Virus record (IMG/VR): IMGVR_UViG_3300040971_000062
Span: 1-35,569 of that record
Reading direction: 5' to 3' (one strand)
Length of the DNA stretch: 35,569 nucleotides
DNA from: a virus
Lineage: Duplodnaviria > Caudoviricetes
The position numbers and the translations under genes are program-made. The notes beneath the pieces are model-generated. The model had not been told where the DNA came from, did not search any database, and was given only the letters and a program-made list of their open reading frames with translations. Positions 1 through 9,367 of this stretch are shown here, in pieces (position 1 is the stretch's first letter; each line of letters begins with the position of its first letter).

Positions 1-312
1 GTTTTATCCCCGGTAAAACAAAAAGTAATTAGATTATCTCTCCAAAAAAGCCCCTTTTTCATTGATTGTTAATTAATTACGGTACAAATCGACCTGTATG
101 CGTTTAAAACGAAATGTTTATTATGGTTTAATAAACCTTTAAGTTTTGAGGCCATTGGAGAGCCTTTAAAAGCCCTTAGTTTAATTACCCTGCAAATATA
201 GCTGAAAAGCTTTATTTATACGGTTTTTAAGCCTTTTTATTTTACAATTTACAGGGTAATATTGCCGTTATATGTGAGTGCTGTGTGTGTGCTCTTTGAT
301 GACTAAAAACCA

Positions 313-348
313 ATTGGATGGACATTTGGGTGGACAATTGGATGGACA
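313..348. repeat. 3 x 12-bp tandem repeat (W)TTGGRTGGACA near left end
   Basis: attggatggaca-tttgggtggaca-attggatggaca read directly; candidate protein-binding array. Confidence 0.8.
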
Positions 349-598
349 AACATAGGTCATAAGTATAGCGATTCAAAGGGGTATAAGTACATAAAATGCC
401 CCATAATTGCACAAAAAAGGGCGATAAGTACCCCTATAATACACAAATAGAAAAATAATAGCATAGCGTAATAATCGCATTTACAGCGAATTATACAACG
501 GGAGGCCTGCCTTTAAACAAAAAAACGTGTGTGTGTGTAATATTTGCGTGTAATTTACTGTAATTCACTCGCCGAATCAGTACGTCTATATACTAAAA

Positions 599-1000
599 TC
601 ATCCTGTTTGCTTATTATCGCCTCTATTTTCTGAAGTTAAATTTATTTCGCGCTTAAGTGATTTAATAAGTTCATCCTTAGCCATTATTATACGCTCCTT
701 TTCTATACATAGGCTGCACTGAGTTTTATACTTTATTGGAGCTTCTGCAACCATCAATTGACCAGGCTCTAAAGTGCGGATCATTGCGCCATCCCCCAAA
801 ACCAACCACCTTGCCGATAATTGAGGATAAATAGTCAATATTTTAGCTATTTTATCTCCACCAAGCTCACTAAAAGCGCCCTTTCCCTTAAAATTTGATG
901 CTGAAATACCTGAAATTTAATAAAATAATTCCTTCTTAATGTCTTGAATATCAAGAAATTCAAATAATCTACCCTTAATTGGTGAAAAAATTTTGTCCAT
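599..1000 (-). pseudogene. CI-like HTH prophage repressor interrupted by in-frame TAA at 919-917
   Basis: From ATG 1000 it reads MDKIFSPIKGRLFEFLDIQDIKKELFY*ISGISASNFKGKGAFSELGGDKIAKILTIYPQLSARWLVLGDGAM, in frame with ORF 599-838; the WLxxGxGxM motif is typical of phage repressors; divergent from the early operon. Confidence 0.8.
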
Positions 1001-1058
1001 TTTTGTTGGAAAGTCTAAATTTAGACTATATTTGCCTCGTTAAACATTCACAAAGATA
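1001..1058. promoter_or_regulatory. Face-to-face Bacteroidota promoters (early rightward; repressor leftward)
   Basis: TATATTTG (+, 1027-1034) with TTTG upstream, and TATCTTTG (-, 1058-1051), both match the TAnnTTTG -7 consensus. Confidence 0.65.
1012..1027. promoter_or_regulatory. Perfect 16-bp palindrome AGTCTAAATTTAGACT, candidate operator
   Basis: Lies immediately upstream of the -7 box of the early promoter (sharing its first base), in the repressor/Ner intergenic region. Confidence 0.6.
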
Positions 1059-1068
1059 ATGCACAAAT

Positions 1069-1302
1069 ATGGCAAAACAACAGGCAAGTATAAAATTTCC
1101 TGACAACCTTAAAGTAAGAGATAGGTTGGAATATGGTGACGGCGCAACATTAGCAAGTAAAAGCGGCTTTTCAGAGGCCTATATAAGTGATATACTCGCT
1201 GGTCGTCGTAGAATGGTTGATAAGGTGAAGGCTGCAATAGTTGATTTGCTTAATGAGCGTAAAAAGCTTGAAAAAAAGTTTGAAGAAACTATAAATCAAT
1301 AG
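1069..1302 (+). CDS. Cro/Ner-like HTH regulator
   Basis: 77 aa, HTH-like LASKSGFSEAYISDILAGRR; first early gene. Confidence 0.75.
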   Translation: MAKQQASIKFPDNLKVRDRLEYGDGATLASKSGFSEAYISDILAGRRRMVDKVKAAIVDLLNERKKLEKKFEETINQ

Positions 1303-1304
1303 CC

Positions 1305-3335
1305 ATGCCCGAATATCACAATAATACTTTGGTTGTAACATACGACGAGCTTATTCCAGAGCTCATGTCATATGAGGCACTAAAGAAAGCTCTCACCAGA
1401 GCCAAAAAACGCAAATACGGTATTACAACCTTACAGCGCGGAGGCGGTTTAAATCATAAGTCATTAATTCTATTCGACAGCCTCCCGGCTAACATCCGCG
1501 AAAAGCTCGACGATCCTCGCAGGGCAGCGCATCCGCTTGATCAGTTCTTTGCGGTTGACTTTATGGCCATTGATTGGTATAATGATTACCGGCTCGACGA
1601 TGGCTCAAGCCTGAGCGATGAGGCTAAAGATAAGTACATTGCAAATGCTTCACTATTGAACGCCTGCAAAATGCTTAAGGAAGCCCGCGAAAGGCAGCGC
1701 ATAAGCCAGGGCGGAAGTACCCGCGGAGTTTTACAAACCATTTGGGAGGACTCAGTAAGCTTTATTCCTGAAATGCGCAAGCGTTATGCTCTTGAAGCAA
1801 GCCTGCCGGGAGCTTACCCGCGATGGGTTGAAACTTACAACAGATTTCACCAGCAGAGTTATATTAGCCTGGTATCGAAAAAGCACGGCAACGCAAATGC
1901 TTCAAAATCGTCGAATGAGCTTGTTAAATTGCTCAACGATATGTTTGCCGGCCAGTCAAACAAACCAACCTTCGCGGAGATCAGCAGGCAGTATGAAGCT
2001 TTTATTACCGGATACCTTGAAGTGATAAACGGAGAAACCGGAGAAATGTATTCACCGGTTGGATATCCTGCCCTGAGCAGATCAACGATTTACAATTACC
2101 TGAATGAGTATGAAAGCCGGATAGGCACATTTGCAAAGCGCAGCGGCGACCGCCAAAAACTTATGGGCGCTTCTATTCCTTATCACTCTTTACTGCATCC
2201 TGAGTGGGCTGGCTCAATTATATCGATTGACGACAGGCAACCACCATTTGAATATGCAAAAGGGCAGCGCATGTGGTTTTACAACGGCATTGACCTGGGA
2301 TCAGAGGCTTTTACCTGTTGGGTTTACGGCAAAACTAAAGAAGGTATCATTTTAGAGTTTTACCGCCAGATGATCCGCAATTATGCGGAGTGGGGCTTTC
2401 AGCTTCCGGCAGAGTTAGAGTGCGAGAGTTCACTTAACAGCAGTTTTGCAGATACTTTCCTTCGCCCTGGCTACATGTTTCAGCATGTTCGCATTGAGGC
2501 CAATAATGCCCGCGGAAAGCGTATTGAGGCTTATTACAATCCTTTGCGCTATCAATTAGAGAAGAAACACGCTGAGTGGCTTGCACGTCCTTTCGCTTTA
2601 TCAGAATCAAATCAGGCCGGTCCCGAAAAAACAGAATCGATTCCATATGATAAGCTTGCTGATCAGTGTCTGGGCGATATTGAAACATGGAACAACATGC
2701 CGCACAGCATTTATAAGGATAAAACCCGCTGGGAGGTATTTTGTGAGCGCCAAAACCCAAACCTGAAGCCAACCAACTATAAATCATTTTTGAGGCATCT
2801 GGGACACAAAACACAGGCTAAGGTAAAAGCCGGTTTAATGAAATTTCAATACCGTGAGTGGGTTCTTGGTGATGATTCACAGGTATTCACCGGTGAGCGC
2901 CTTATAAACCTGATGAAAATTGTAGAAGGTGAGCAGGTTGATATTTATTACCTCGATGACAACCATGGCGGAATACTGAAAGCCCTCATCTACCTTCAGG
3001 ATACTTACGTATGCGAAGCCATTGCAAAACCTGTTTACCACCGTGCCACTATTGAAATGACCGAAGCCGATTATGAAGCCCGTGAAATCATGAGCAAGTA
3101 TGCGGTTACAATTGAATCGTTTCAGCGCCGCCAGAAAAACGCACTTGAGCCAGTTACCATAATCGATAATCGCCCGATTACCCTGAATAACAAATTTAAA
3201 ATCCCTGGGCGCAAAACACAGCCGCAAGTTACCGATCAAAAAGTTGAGATCATGCCTGAACCGGCAGAGGCTTTTGAAATCGATTCAAATGAGCTTCAAA
3301 GCGGATTTGTAACCAGTTTGAAAGATAGATTTTAA
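1305..3335 (+). CDS. Mu-like DDE transposase (MuA equivalent)
   Basis: 676 aa; acidic core motifs SIDDR, IDLGSE, LECES, GKRIEAYY, WNNMPHS; precedes an AAA ATPase. Confidence 0.85.
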   Translation: MPEYHNNTLVVTYDELIPELMSYEALKKALTRAKKRKYGITTLQRGGGLNHKSLILFDSLPANIREKLDDPRRAAHPLDQFFAVDFMAIDWYNDYRLDDGSSLSDEAKDKYIANASLLNACKMLKEARERQRISQGGSTRGVLQTIWEDSVSFIPEMRKRYALEASLPGAYPRWVETYNRFHQQSYISLVSKKHGNANASKSSNELVKLLNDMFAGQSNKPTFAEISRQYEAFITGYLEVINGETGEMYSPVGYPALSRSTIYNYLNEYESRIGTFAKRSGDRQKLMGASIPYHSLLHPEWAGSIISIDDRQPPFEYAKGQRMWFYNGIDLGSEAFTCWVYGKTKEGIILEFYRQMIRNYAEWGFQLPAELECESSLNSSFADTFLRPGYMFQHVRIEANNARGKRIEAYYNPLRYQLEKKHAEWLARPFALSESNQAGPEKTESIPYDKLADQCLGDIETWNNMPHSIYKDKTRWEVFCERQNPNLKPTNYKSFLRHLGHKTQAKVKAGLMKFQYREWVLGDDSQVFTGERLINLMKIVEGEQVDIYYLDDNHGGILKALIYLQDTYVCEAIAKPVYHRATIEMTEADYEAREIMSKYAVTIESFQRRQKNALEPVTIIDNRPITLNNKFKIPGRKTQPQVTDQKVEIMPEPAEAFEIDSNELQSGFVTSLKDRF

Positions 3336-3358
3336 TTCACCCATAACACACAAAAACA

Positions 3359-4246
3359 ATGGAAATCACAAAAGAATTCAAGGATGCTGTAGTTGAGGCC
3401 CTGATGTCTCAGCGCAACAATTATGACGGAACCGAGGCTTCATTTGCCCGCCAGTGGGGTATTAATGCAACCGTGTATAATGCCATGAAAAACGGCAAGC
3501 GCGATGGAATGCTCAAAAGCTCTCAGTGGCTTAATATGGGACGTGAGCTTCAGGTAGTGCCAGGTCAGCGCAAGTGGGTAACCGCTAAAACTGATGTTTT
3601 CAGAGTTATTGAAGAGGACATCACTTTTTGCAAGGATTATGCAAAAGCAAAGATTTGCGCCGATGAGTGCGGAATTGGCAAAACCCATACAGCTAAGTAT
3701 TTGAGCCGTACCCTTAAGAACTGCTTTTATGTGGATGCCTCACAGGCAAAAACAAAGGTGTTGTTTATGCGCCTGATGGCTCGCACTATTGGCGTTGATC
3801 ACACCGGATCATACGCTGAGATCAAAGAAAACATTAAGTACTACCTTTCATTTCTGCCTAAGCCCATTGTAATTATTGACGAGGCCGGAGACCTTGATTC
3901 ATCTGCCCTGCTCGACCTGAAAGAGCTTTGGAATGCTACCGAAAACGTGTGCGGCTGGTATTTGATGGGAGCTGATGGACTGCGCAAAAAGATTGAGCGC
4001 GGCATTGAAGGTAAAAAGGTAGGTTTTAAAGAACTCTTCAGCCGCTATTCTGAGCGCTTCACTTCAATAGTTCCATCAGGTAAGGATGATAAACAGGCAT
4101 TTTACAGGAAGCTTATAACACAGGTTTTGACTGTAAACATGACTGACACCAGTAACCTTAACAACATAGTGCGCAAGTGCCTCACTACCGATGGCGTAAT
4201 TGGCGGACTCAGGCGCGCGGAGAGCCTTCTTATACTCAATCAATAA
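3359..4246 (+). CDS. MuB-like transposition AAA ATPase
   Basis: Walker A (DECGIGKT), Walker B (IIIDEAG), LMGAD motif; follows the transposase. Confidence 0.85.
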   Translation: MEITKEFKDAVVEALMSQRNNYDGTEASFARQWGINATVYNAMKNGKRDGMLKSSQWLNMGRELQVVPGQRKWVTAKTDVFRVIEEDITFCKDYAKAKICADECGIGKTHTAKYLSRTLKNCFYVDASQAKTKVLFMRLMARTIGVDHTGSYAEIKENIKYYLSFLPKPIVIIDEAGDLDSSALLDLKELWNATENVCGWYLMGADGLRKKIERGIEGKKVGFKELFSRYSERFTSIVPSGKDDKQAFYRKLITQVLTVNMTDTSNLNNIVRKCLTTDGVIGGLRRAESLLILNQ

Positions 4247-4264
4247 ACCCTCTAATACCGAATT

Positions 4265-4948
4265 ATGGCAAGGGTGCTTACAGTTAGGAACATTTATGAC
4301 AAACAGTATGAAACAGTTGAAATTGACGGAGTTTGGAGAGACGTTCTCGGCGAAGTGGAAGCAAATGGCGCCTGGCTAATTTACGGTAAGGAGAAAAACG
4401 GCAAAACATGGGCATCACTGCTGCTTGCGTGGGCCTTAAGCAAAAATTACAGAGTTCTTTACATAAGTGCGGAGGAGGGAGCCGGAAAGGCGCTAAGGGA
4501 TACCCTTCAGCGAATCGGTGTAGATGCCAGGGCAAACATTCATTTTATGGAGTATGAGGAGCTTCATGAAGTCAGAGCCAGGCTCAGCAAAAGGAAATCA
4601 CCCGAAGTTGTGATATTCGACAATTTGACAATCTATAACGACGAGCTGAAGGGGAGCGCCTTACGGCAATTGCTTAATGACTTCGATTCAAAGCTATTGA
4701 TATTCGTAGCGCATGAGGATCGAAATGAACCTTACACCGCGAGCGCAAAGCTTGTGCGAAAGCTCGCAAAGGTGATTATCCACGTGAAAGGCCTTGCGTG
4801 TAACATAAGTGGCCGTGTACCGGGGGGAACCCTGGTAATTGATGAACAAAAAGCAATGCTATATCATGGACAATCAATCAACATCAACAATGGAAAAGAT
4901 CAGCTACCAGTACGATCCGATTCAAAACCAGCTCACAATAAGCGTTAA
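4265..4948 (+). CDS. P-loop ATPase (RecA/Sms-like)
   Basis: GKEKNGKT Walker A, LYISAEEG, VVIFDN Walker B. Confidence 0.75.
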   Translation: MARVLTVRNIYDKQYETVEIDGVWRDVLGEVEANGAWLIYGKEKNGKTWASLLLAWALSKNYRVLYISAEEGAGKALRDTLQRIGVDARANIHFMEYEELHEVRARLSKRKSPEVVIFDNLTIYNDELKGSALRQLLNDFDSKLLIFVAHEDRNEPYTASAKLVRKLAKVIIHVKGLACNISGRVPGGTLVIDEQKAMLYHGQSININNGKDQLPVRSDSKPAHNKR

Positions 4949-5432
4949 CGGATCACCCCGGGGAGGCTTTATTGGAGCATCCGCAGAGCGTGAGCTTCGC
5001 AGGGTTCTTGATAGCGGCGCTGAAATAACAATAACCGATATGACAAACCTTGTAAAATCAGCAAAAGTGCGCCGATTGCGCGCGCTGTGGATCAGGCTGG
5101 GCATTGATGACCACCGTGAGGTAATACTCGACCAGTACAATGTGAGCAGTACAGCAGACCTATCGCTTGAGGAGCTCGAGGAGTTAATTACCAGATTCAG
5201 CGCAGAGGTGAAAAGCGACACATCAGAATCAGTGCGCAAGCTCAGGAGCGACATTCTTAAGCAATTAAACACGTTGGGCATTTACGCTCAGCCCGGCAAC
5301 TGGAAGGCTGTAAATGATTACCTGATGCAGGATAAAATTGCGGGCAAGCTGCTTTTTGAAATGAGCGAGCAGCAATTACTAACGCTCAGGCGCAAGCTGC
5401 ACAGCATTGTAACGAAGGAGGCAAAAAAATGA
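4890..5432 (+). CDS. Hypothetical early protein, possibly GemA/gp16-like
   Basis: Likely start ATG 4890; SSTADLSLEELEELI resembles the GemA family; Mu-like position. Confidence 0.45.
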   Translation: MEKISYQYDPIQNQLTISVNGSPRGGFIGASAERELRRVLDSGAEITITDMTNLVKSAKVRRLRALWIRLGIDDHREVILDQYNVSSTADLSLEELEELITRFSAEVKSDTSESVRKLRSDILKQLNTLGIYAQPGNWKAVNDYLMQDKIAGKLLFEMSEQQLLTLRRKLHSIVTKEAKK

Positions 5433-5677
5433 ACCTACTCGAAGGACCCGAAAGGCTGAAAGCAATTGAGTTTATTGAAAAGTCCACAAAGGATGCTGAT
5501 GCACTGCTCAATACAATTACGGCTGAAAACATTGAAGAGAACTTAAGAAAGCGCAGCCTGCTCATGCACAAAATTCAGAATCAAAAACGATGGTTGCACG
5601 GCGCTTCCCGCGATGAATCGAAGTATGAAAAGCATGACTACCGCATAAAGCTCACACGTGAAATAGTGCTAAACTGA
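5429..5677 (+). CDS. Hypothetical protein
   Basis: ATGA overlap with the previous gene; operon packing. Confidence 0.6.
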   Translation: MNLLEGPERLKAIEFIEKSTKDADALLNTITAENIEENLRKRSLLMHKIQNQKRWLHGASRDESKYEKHDYRIKLTREIVLN

Positions 5678-5682
5678 CCGAT

Positions 5683-5907
5683 ATGGGAATCAAATATGAT
5701 GTTAAAGCCATTGGCGATAAAAAATACCTGTGCAGATACACTGCCAACTGCCGGGGCTGCTATGGAACCGGGGAGCTGCTTGTTGCTACACCCGACGAAC
5801 AAAAGACTCTACCATGCCCTACATGCCAGGGCAGCGGAAAAGTTGACGTAACAAAGCAAATTTCAGTAATTGTACTTCCACATAAACCAAAACAAAAACA
5901 AAAATGA
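5683..5907 (+). CDS. Small DnaJ-type zinc-finger protein
   Basis: Two CxxCxGxG motifs (CRGCYGTG, CPTCQGSG). Confidence 0.7.
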   Translation: MGIKYDVKAIGDKKYLCRYTANCRGCYGTGELLVATPDEQKTLPCPTCQGSGKVDVTKQISVIVLPHKPKQKQK

Positions 5908-6518
5908 TTCAGACAAAAAAAGAAAAATCATGGTATGATGAGTCAGGAACTCTCATCCCTTACAACAGACTTACAAAGCTTGAGTTGATGCGCGAGCGCG
6001 AAATAGGTAGGTTGCTGAAAGATGCAATGTTTATCAACAAAAAGCTCAAAGAATTTAAGGACTCTGTAAGGATTGCTACCGAAGCAATAGTTGATCAGTT
6101 CATGGCCGAAAAAGGAATTGAAACAATAGGCAAAGGCAATGTTACCCTTTTCAACTTCGACCGGAGTGTAAAGGTTGAGGTATCGATCAGCGACCGCATT
6201 GAGTTCGATGACCTTACCATGAAAGCCTGTAAAGAGAAGTTTGATAGCTTCCTGGCTGACAATGTTGAAGAGCGGCAGGAGTTCATAAAAGAAATGGTTA
6301 ATGATGCCTTTTCAACCAGTCGCGGCAAGCTCGACAGCAAAAAGGTTATGGGCTTGCTCAAATACGAAAGCAAGGTGAAAGACGCAAAGTTTCAGGAGGC
6401 AATGAACCTGCTGAAGGAAAGCATAAGGCGGCCAGATTCGCGGGTTTATTACCGTGTATGGCTGAAGGATGAAAGCGGAGAGTATCAGAACATCGATCTC
6501 AATTTCAGCAGCATTTAA
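5904..6518 (+). CDS. DUF3164 family protein
   Basis: KGNVTLFNFD...I.FDD...C...AF...G.LD...A...I...YYR pattern typical of Mu-like phages. Confidence 0.75.
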   Translation: MIQTKKEKSWYDESGTLIPYNRLTKLELMREREIGRLLKDAMFINKKLKEFKDSVRIATEAIVDQFMAEKGIETIGKGNVTLFNFDRSVKVEVSISDRIEFDDLTMKACKEKFDSFLADNVEERQEFIKEMVNDAFSTSRGKLDSKKVMGLLKYESKVKDAKFQEAMNLLKESIRRPDSRVYYRVWLKDESGEYQNIDLNFSSI

Positions 6519-6519
6519 A

Positions 6520-6646
6520 GCCGCTTTCTGACCGCCTGGGGGCTGCGTAAAATGGCAGTTCGGGTAATCCGTAGCGGGTGCAAGTCCCGCCTTCACCAGG
6601 GCACATGTGGCAAAAGTTTCGGGTTCGAGTCCCGGACAGGCGGCAA
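6520..6646 (+). ncRNA. tRNA-like structured element with two T-arm hairpins
   Basis: GCGGG-TGCAAGT-CCCGC (6574-6590) followed by CTTCACCA, and TCGGG-TTCGAGT-CCCGG (6619-6635); no canonical anticodon arm. Confidence 0.4.
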
Positions 6647-6657
6647 ACATCAACAAA

Positions 6658-6750
6658 ATGAAGCAATCAGAAATCAATTTCGGCAGAATATTCCTTGCAT
6701 TATTCGCCGTTGAATTACTAACAATAATCTTAATAGTATGTCTAAACTGA
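6658..6750 (+). CDS. 30-aa single-TM peptide (not in ORF track)
   Basis: MKQSEINFGRIFLALFAVELLTIILIVCLN*, A-rich leader, overlaps the next gene. Confidence 0.45.
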   Translation: MKQSEINFGRIFLALFAVELLTIILIVCLN

Positions 6751-7052
6751 AAATTTACATCATGGGTGCAGTTACCGGCCTCGATCCTGAAGAGGTGCGC
6801 ATCAAGTTCAACAATGCAGCTATGAGGCTTAAAGAAATGGGATTTGTGCCCATCAGCCCGATTGATTATGTGCCTGAAGGAATGGACTGGAACCAGGCGA
6901 TGCGTATTTGCATCAGCAAGCTTATTGAATGCGATGGCGTTTTTAAGCTGCCTGATCATCAGCAATCAAAAGGCGCAATGCTTGAGCTGGTGATAGCCCG
7001 CAACCTTGAACTGAAGGAGTTTACCGAAACCATTAAAAGGAGCAAGGTATGA
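6738..7052 (+). CDS. DUF4406 / nucleoside deoxyribosyltransferase-like protein
   Basis: KIYIxGxxTG...F..AA..L...G...P...CD...LP....SKGA.LE...A motif. Confidence 0.8.
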   Translation: MSKLKIYIMGAVTGLDPEEVRIKFNNAAMRLKEMGFVPISPIDYVPEGMDWNQAMRICISKLIECDGVFKLPDHQQSKGAMLELVIARNLELKEFTETIKRSKV

Positions 7053-7468
7053 AACGATATTCATTAACCAGCGAATCATTTACGGGTGAGGTGATATTTG
7101 TGTTTAATGATTTCAATTTGCTTGAATCGTTTGACACAACCGGCGCCCAGCTAAGCGAGAAACAACAAGTATTCTTACTTAAGAGCCTCCCCAGGGATTT
7201 GGCAGAGCTTCAAAACCTGATCACAAAAAGCATTAGTGCAAAGATTACCGAAATAAACAGCGACATCACCTTTGATCAGTTCTGGAAGCGCTACAACCCG
7301 CCTCCGCTCAGCAAGAAAAAAAAGAATGCACTTCCCCGCTGGAACCGCATGAGCCAAACGGAGCGCAATAAAGCCTACTATTTTATTGCCAAGTACGAAT
7401 TAAAGCGAGGTTTCGAAGGCAAAATGTACGCCGAAACATATTTAAACTCTGAAATCTGGAACGATTAA
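7049..7468 (+). CDS. Hypothetical protein
   Basis: TFDQFWKRY...YAETYLN..W motif; ATGA overlap. Confidence 0.65.
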   Translation: MKRYSLTSESFTGEVIFVFNDFNLLESFDTTGAQLSEKQQVFLLKSLPRDLAELQNLITKSISAKITEINSDITFDQFWKRYNPPPLSKKKKNALPRWNRMSQTERNKAYYFIAKYELKRGFEGKMYAETYLNSEIWND

Positions 7469-7480
7469 ACCCCTCAAAAC

Positions 7481-7768
7481 ATGGCAACCCACTCAATCAC
7501 CTACACAACCGTAAAACATTTGCCTGGCAGGCTTGCGCTGGAAGTTAGAGCAGCCTGCAAAGATGCTTATGTATTGAATGATGAAATCAGCGATATACTG
7601 CGAGGCATCAATTACCGCATGAAGGATATTAAAACAGGCAACAATGCAACGACTGACCAGCATTACAGAGTTGCACTCAACGAAACCGGAAAGCGCATTG
7701 ATGTAATACACCTGAAAGCCAACGGCGACGATGATCAGGTAATGGTAACTATAACTGCTGAGCCATAA
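7481..7768 (+). CDS. Hypothetical protein
   Basis: Same-strand operon packing, A-rich leader. Confidence 0.6.
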   Translation: MATHSITYTTVKHLPGRLALEVRAACKDAYVLNDEISDILRGINYRMKDIKTGNNATTDQHYRVALNETGKRIDVIHLKANGDDDQVMVTITAEP

Positions 7769-7941
7769 TGGAAATACAACTCATCACCCGCATAACCTTG
7801 CAATTGCAGCCAGATGCAACAATCGAATGTGAGATATACACTGATGATATTGAGGCTAAAAAGGCTGAAATTGTAAAGGAGCTTGAGAAATACAACATCA
7901 AGGCTGATGTGAAACTAACTTTTAAAGAATACATTTTTTAA
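7768..7941 (+). CDS. 57-aa hypothetical protein (not in ORF track)
   Basis: TAATG overlap; MEIQLITRITLQLQPDATIECEIYTDDIEAKKAEIVKELEKYNIKADVKLTFKEYIF* fills the gap. Confidence 0.6.
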   Translation: MEIQLITRITLQLQPDATIECEIYTDDIEAKKAEIVKELEKYNIKADVKLTFKEYIF

Positions 7942-7952
7942 AAATCAACAAT

Positions 7953-8528
7953 ATGATAGACTTACACCAAAGCGCTAAACTTCAAAGGCTCATGGAGGAC
8001 ATTTCCGAGTGGTCAGATAAAACCTTTGGAGAGGGGCAGAGAAACCCGGCAATTTTACACCATCTTTCAAAGGAGGTTAAAGAGCTGATTGAGGCAGTTG
8101 AAAAGTTTCAGGCATCCGGAATAAAGACAACCCCTTATACAGATTCAGAATTGCATTGTAGGGCTGCCTTTGAAGAATTTGCGGATTGCTTTATGCTATT
8201 GCTTGACTCCGCTTTCCACTTTGGGCTTAGTGCGGATAACTTGATAGCATTTACCCGTCAAAAACTTGAGATCAACAAAAAACGCAAGTGGGGAAAGCCC
8301 GACTGTAATGGAGTGGTTGAGCATATAGAGAATACCGCCAAAATCAAAGAAATTCTTCGCGCTCAATACAATCAAAGCGGCATATGGCGAATTGTAAAAA
8401 AGACAAATAACGGCGCTGGTGGCTGGCGCATGTTTGGCGGCTCACATGGCTATGCAACCAAAGAGGAGTGCGAAGCTAAGATAGCAAAGCTGGTTGAATC
8501 ATTTCCGGATCAATATCAGGAGGGCTAA
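7953..8528 (+). CDS. dATP/dGTP pyrophosphohydrolase (DUF550, MazG-like) with C-terminal extension
   Basis: WSDKTFG...HLSKEVKE...EEFADCFMLLLD...KLEINKKRKW signature. Confidence 0.75.
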   Translation: MIDLHQSAKLQRLMEDISEWSDKTFGEGQRNPAILHHLSKEVKELIEAVEKFQASGIKTTPYTDSELHCRAAFEEFADCFMLLLDSAFHFGLSADNLIAFTRQKLEINKKRKWGKPDCNGVVEHIENTAKIKEILRAQYNQSGIWRIVKKTNNGAGGWRMFGGSHGYATKEECEAKIAKLVESFPDQYQEG

Positions 8529-8720
8529 ATGACAAAAGAAACTTTCTCACGCGCAAAAGCAATATTGGAAACAAAACAAGCCATTAATGCCAATATCATG
8601 AGAATTGAAAAAATGAATAAAAGGGAAGGCGATGATGATTTCAATTATTTAAGAGAGTCCGCCTATGACCTTTTCCTGACTGAAACAAGAAGGCTTGATA
8701 ATGAATTTGAAAACTTGTAA
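8529..8720 (+). CDS. Hypothetical protein
   Basis: Abuts the previous stop codon. Confidence 0.55.
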   Translation: MTKETFSRAKAILETKQAINANIMRIEKMNKREGDDDFNYLRESAYDLFLTETRRLDNEFENL

Positions 8721-8721
8721 C

Positions 8722-9138
8722 ATGAGCGAAAACACACCAGAATACTCAATACAAAAGGCCTCAAGCGGAGAATTGCTCCCCGCACACATGATGCCGGCAG
8801 ATACTTTGTCAAGCCTTACAGCTGCCCTGCGCAAGGTAAAGCTTAAACTCACCATCAGTCAGCTCCGGAGCCTGGCAGTTATTGTGCAGATGCACGTTAA
8901 CCGGCAAAAGGCAAAGGGCTTGTTTGAGCTTGCCGATCTTTATGAGGCTTACCTTATCAGCGAGAAGCTGCGCAACAAAATGATCAGCGGAGCTACAAAG
9001 GTAAACATCAGCCTTAAAATGAGCGAAGCCCGCGCCCTTTACAACGTGCTCGATAATACCGAGTTTGCCCATTTTGCAGTTTATGAAAGTAACCTGGCAT
9101 TTTACATTATTTCTGAAATAGACAAACAAACCGTGTAA
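8722..9138 (+). CDS. Hypothetical protein
   Basis: Probable start at ATG 8722 (MSENTPEY), directly after the previous stop. Confidence 0.55.
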   Translation: MSENTPEYSIQKASSGELLPAHMMPADTLSSLTAALRKVKLKLTISQLRSLAVIVQMHVNRQKAKGLFELADLYEAYLISEKLRNKMISGATKVNISLKMSEARALYNVLDNTEFAHFAVYESNLAFYIISEIDKQTV

Positions 9139-9139
9139 T

Positions 9140-9367
9140 ATGAACGACTACAACTTAACACCTGAGCAGTACTTCGATTTAATGAGTGCAGGGCTCAAAC
9201 AGATAGCCCACGACGCAACCAAACTGCAAAGCGGCAACATTGCGCACCGGGCGGCTCAAATACGCGCCAATGCCCTGCAAATGCTTGATATTACAAACTC
9301 AATAAACCCCCTCGCGAATGGCGTACAACAGGAGAAACAAGCTGATGCAAATGCAGGACGTGGTTGA
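9140..9367 (+). CDS. Hypothetical protein
   Basis: Operon packing. Confidence 0.5.
   Translation: MNDYNLTPEQYFDLMSAGLKQIAHDATKLQSGNIAHRAAQIRANALQMLDITNSINPLANGVQQEKQADANAGRG

Noticed and set aside
599-1000. Stop-codon reassignment explaining the repressor stop
   Set aside because: TAA is the normal terminator for many genes in this element.
6535-6600. Functional tRNA gene
   Set aside because: No 5-bp stem/7-nt loop anticodon arm and an imperfect acceptor stem.
7953-8528. Z-genome (2-aminoadenine) pathway
   Set aside because: No PurZ or dedicated polymerase in the element.
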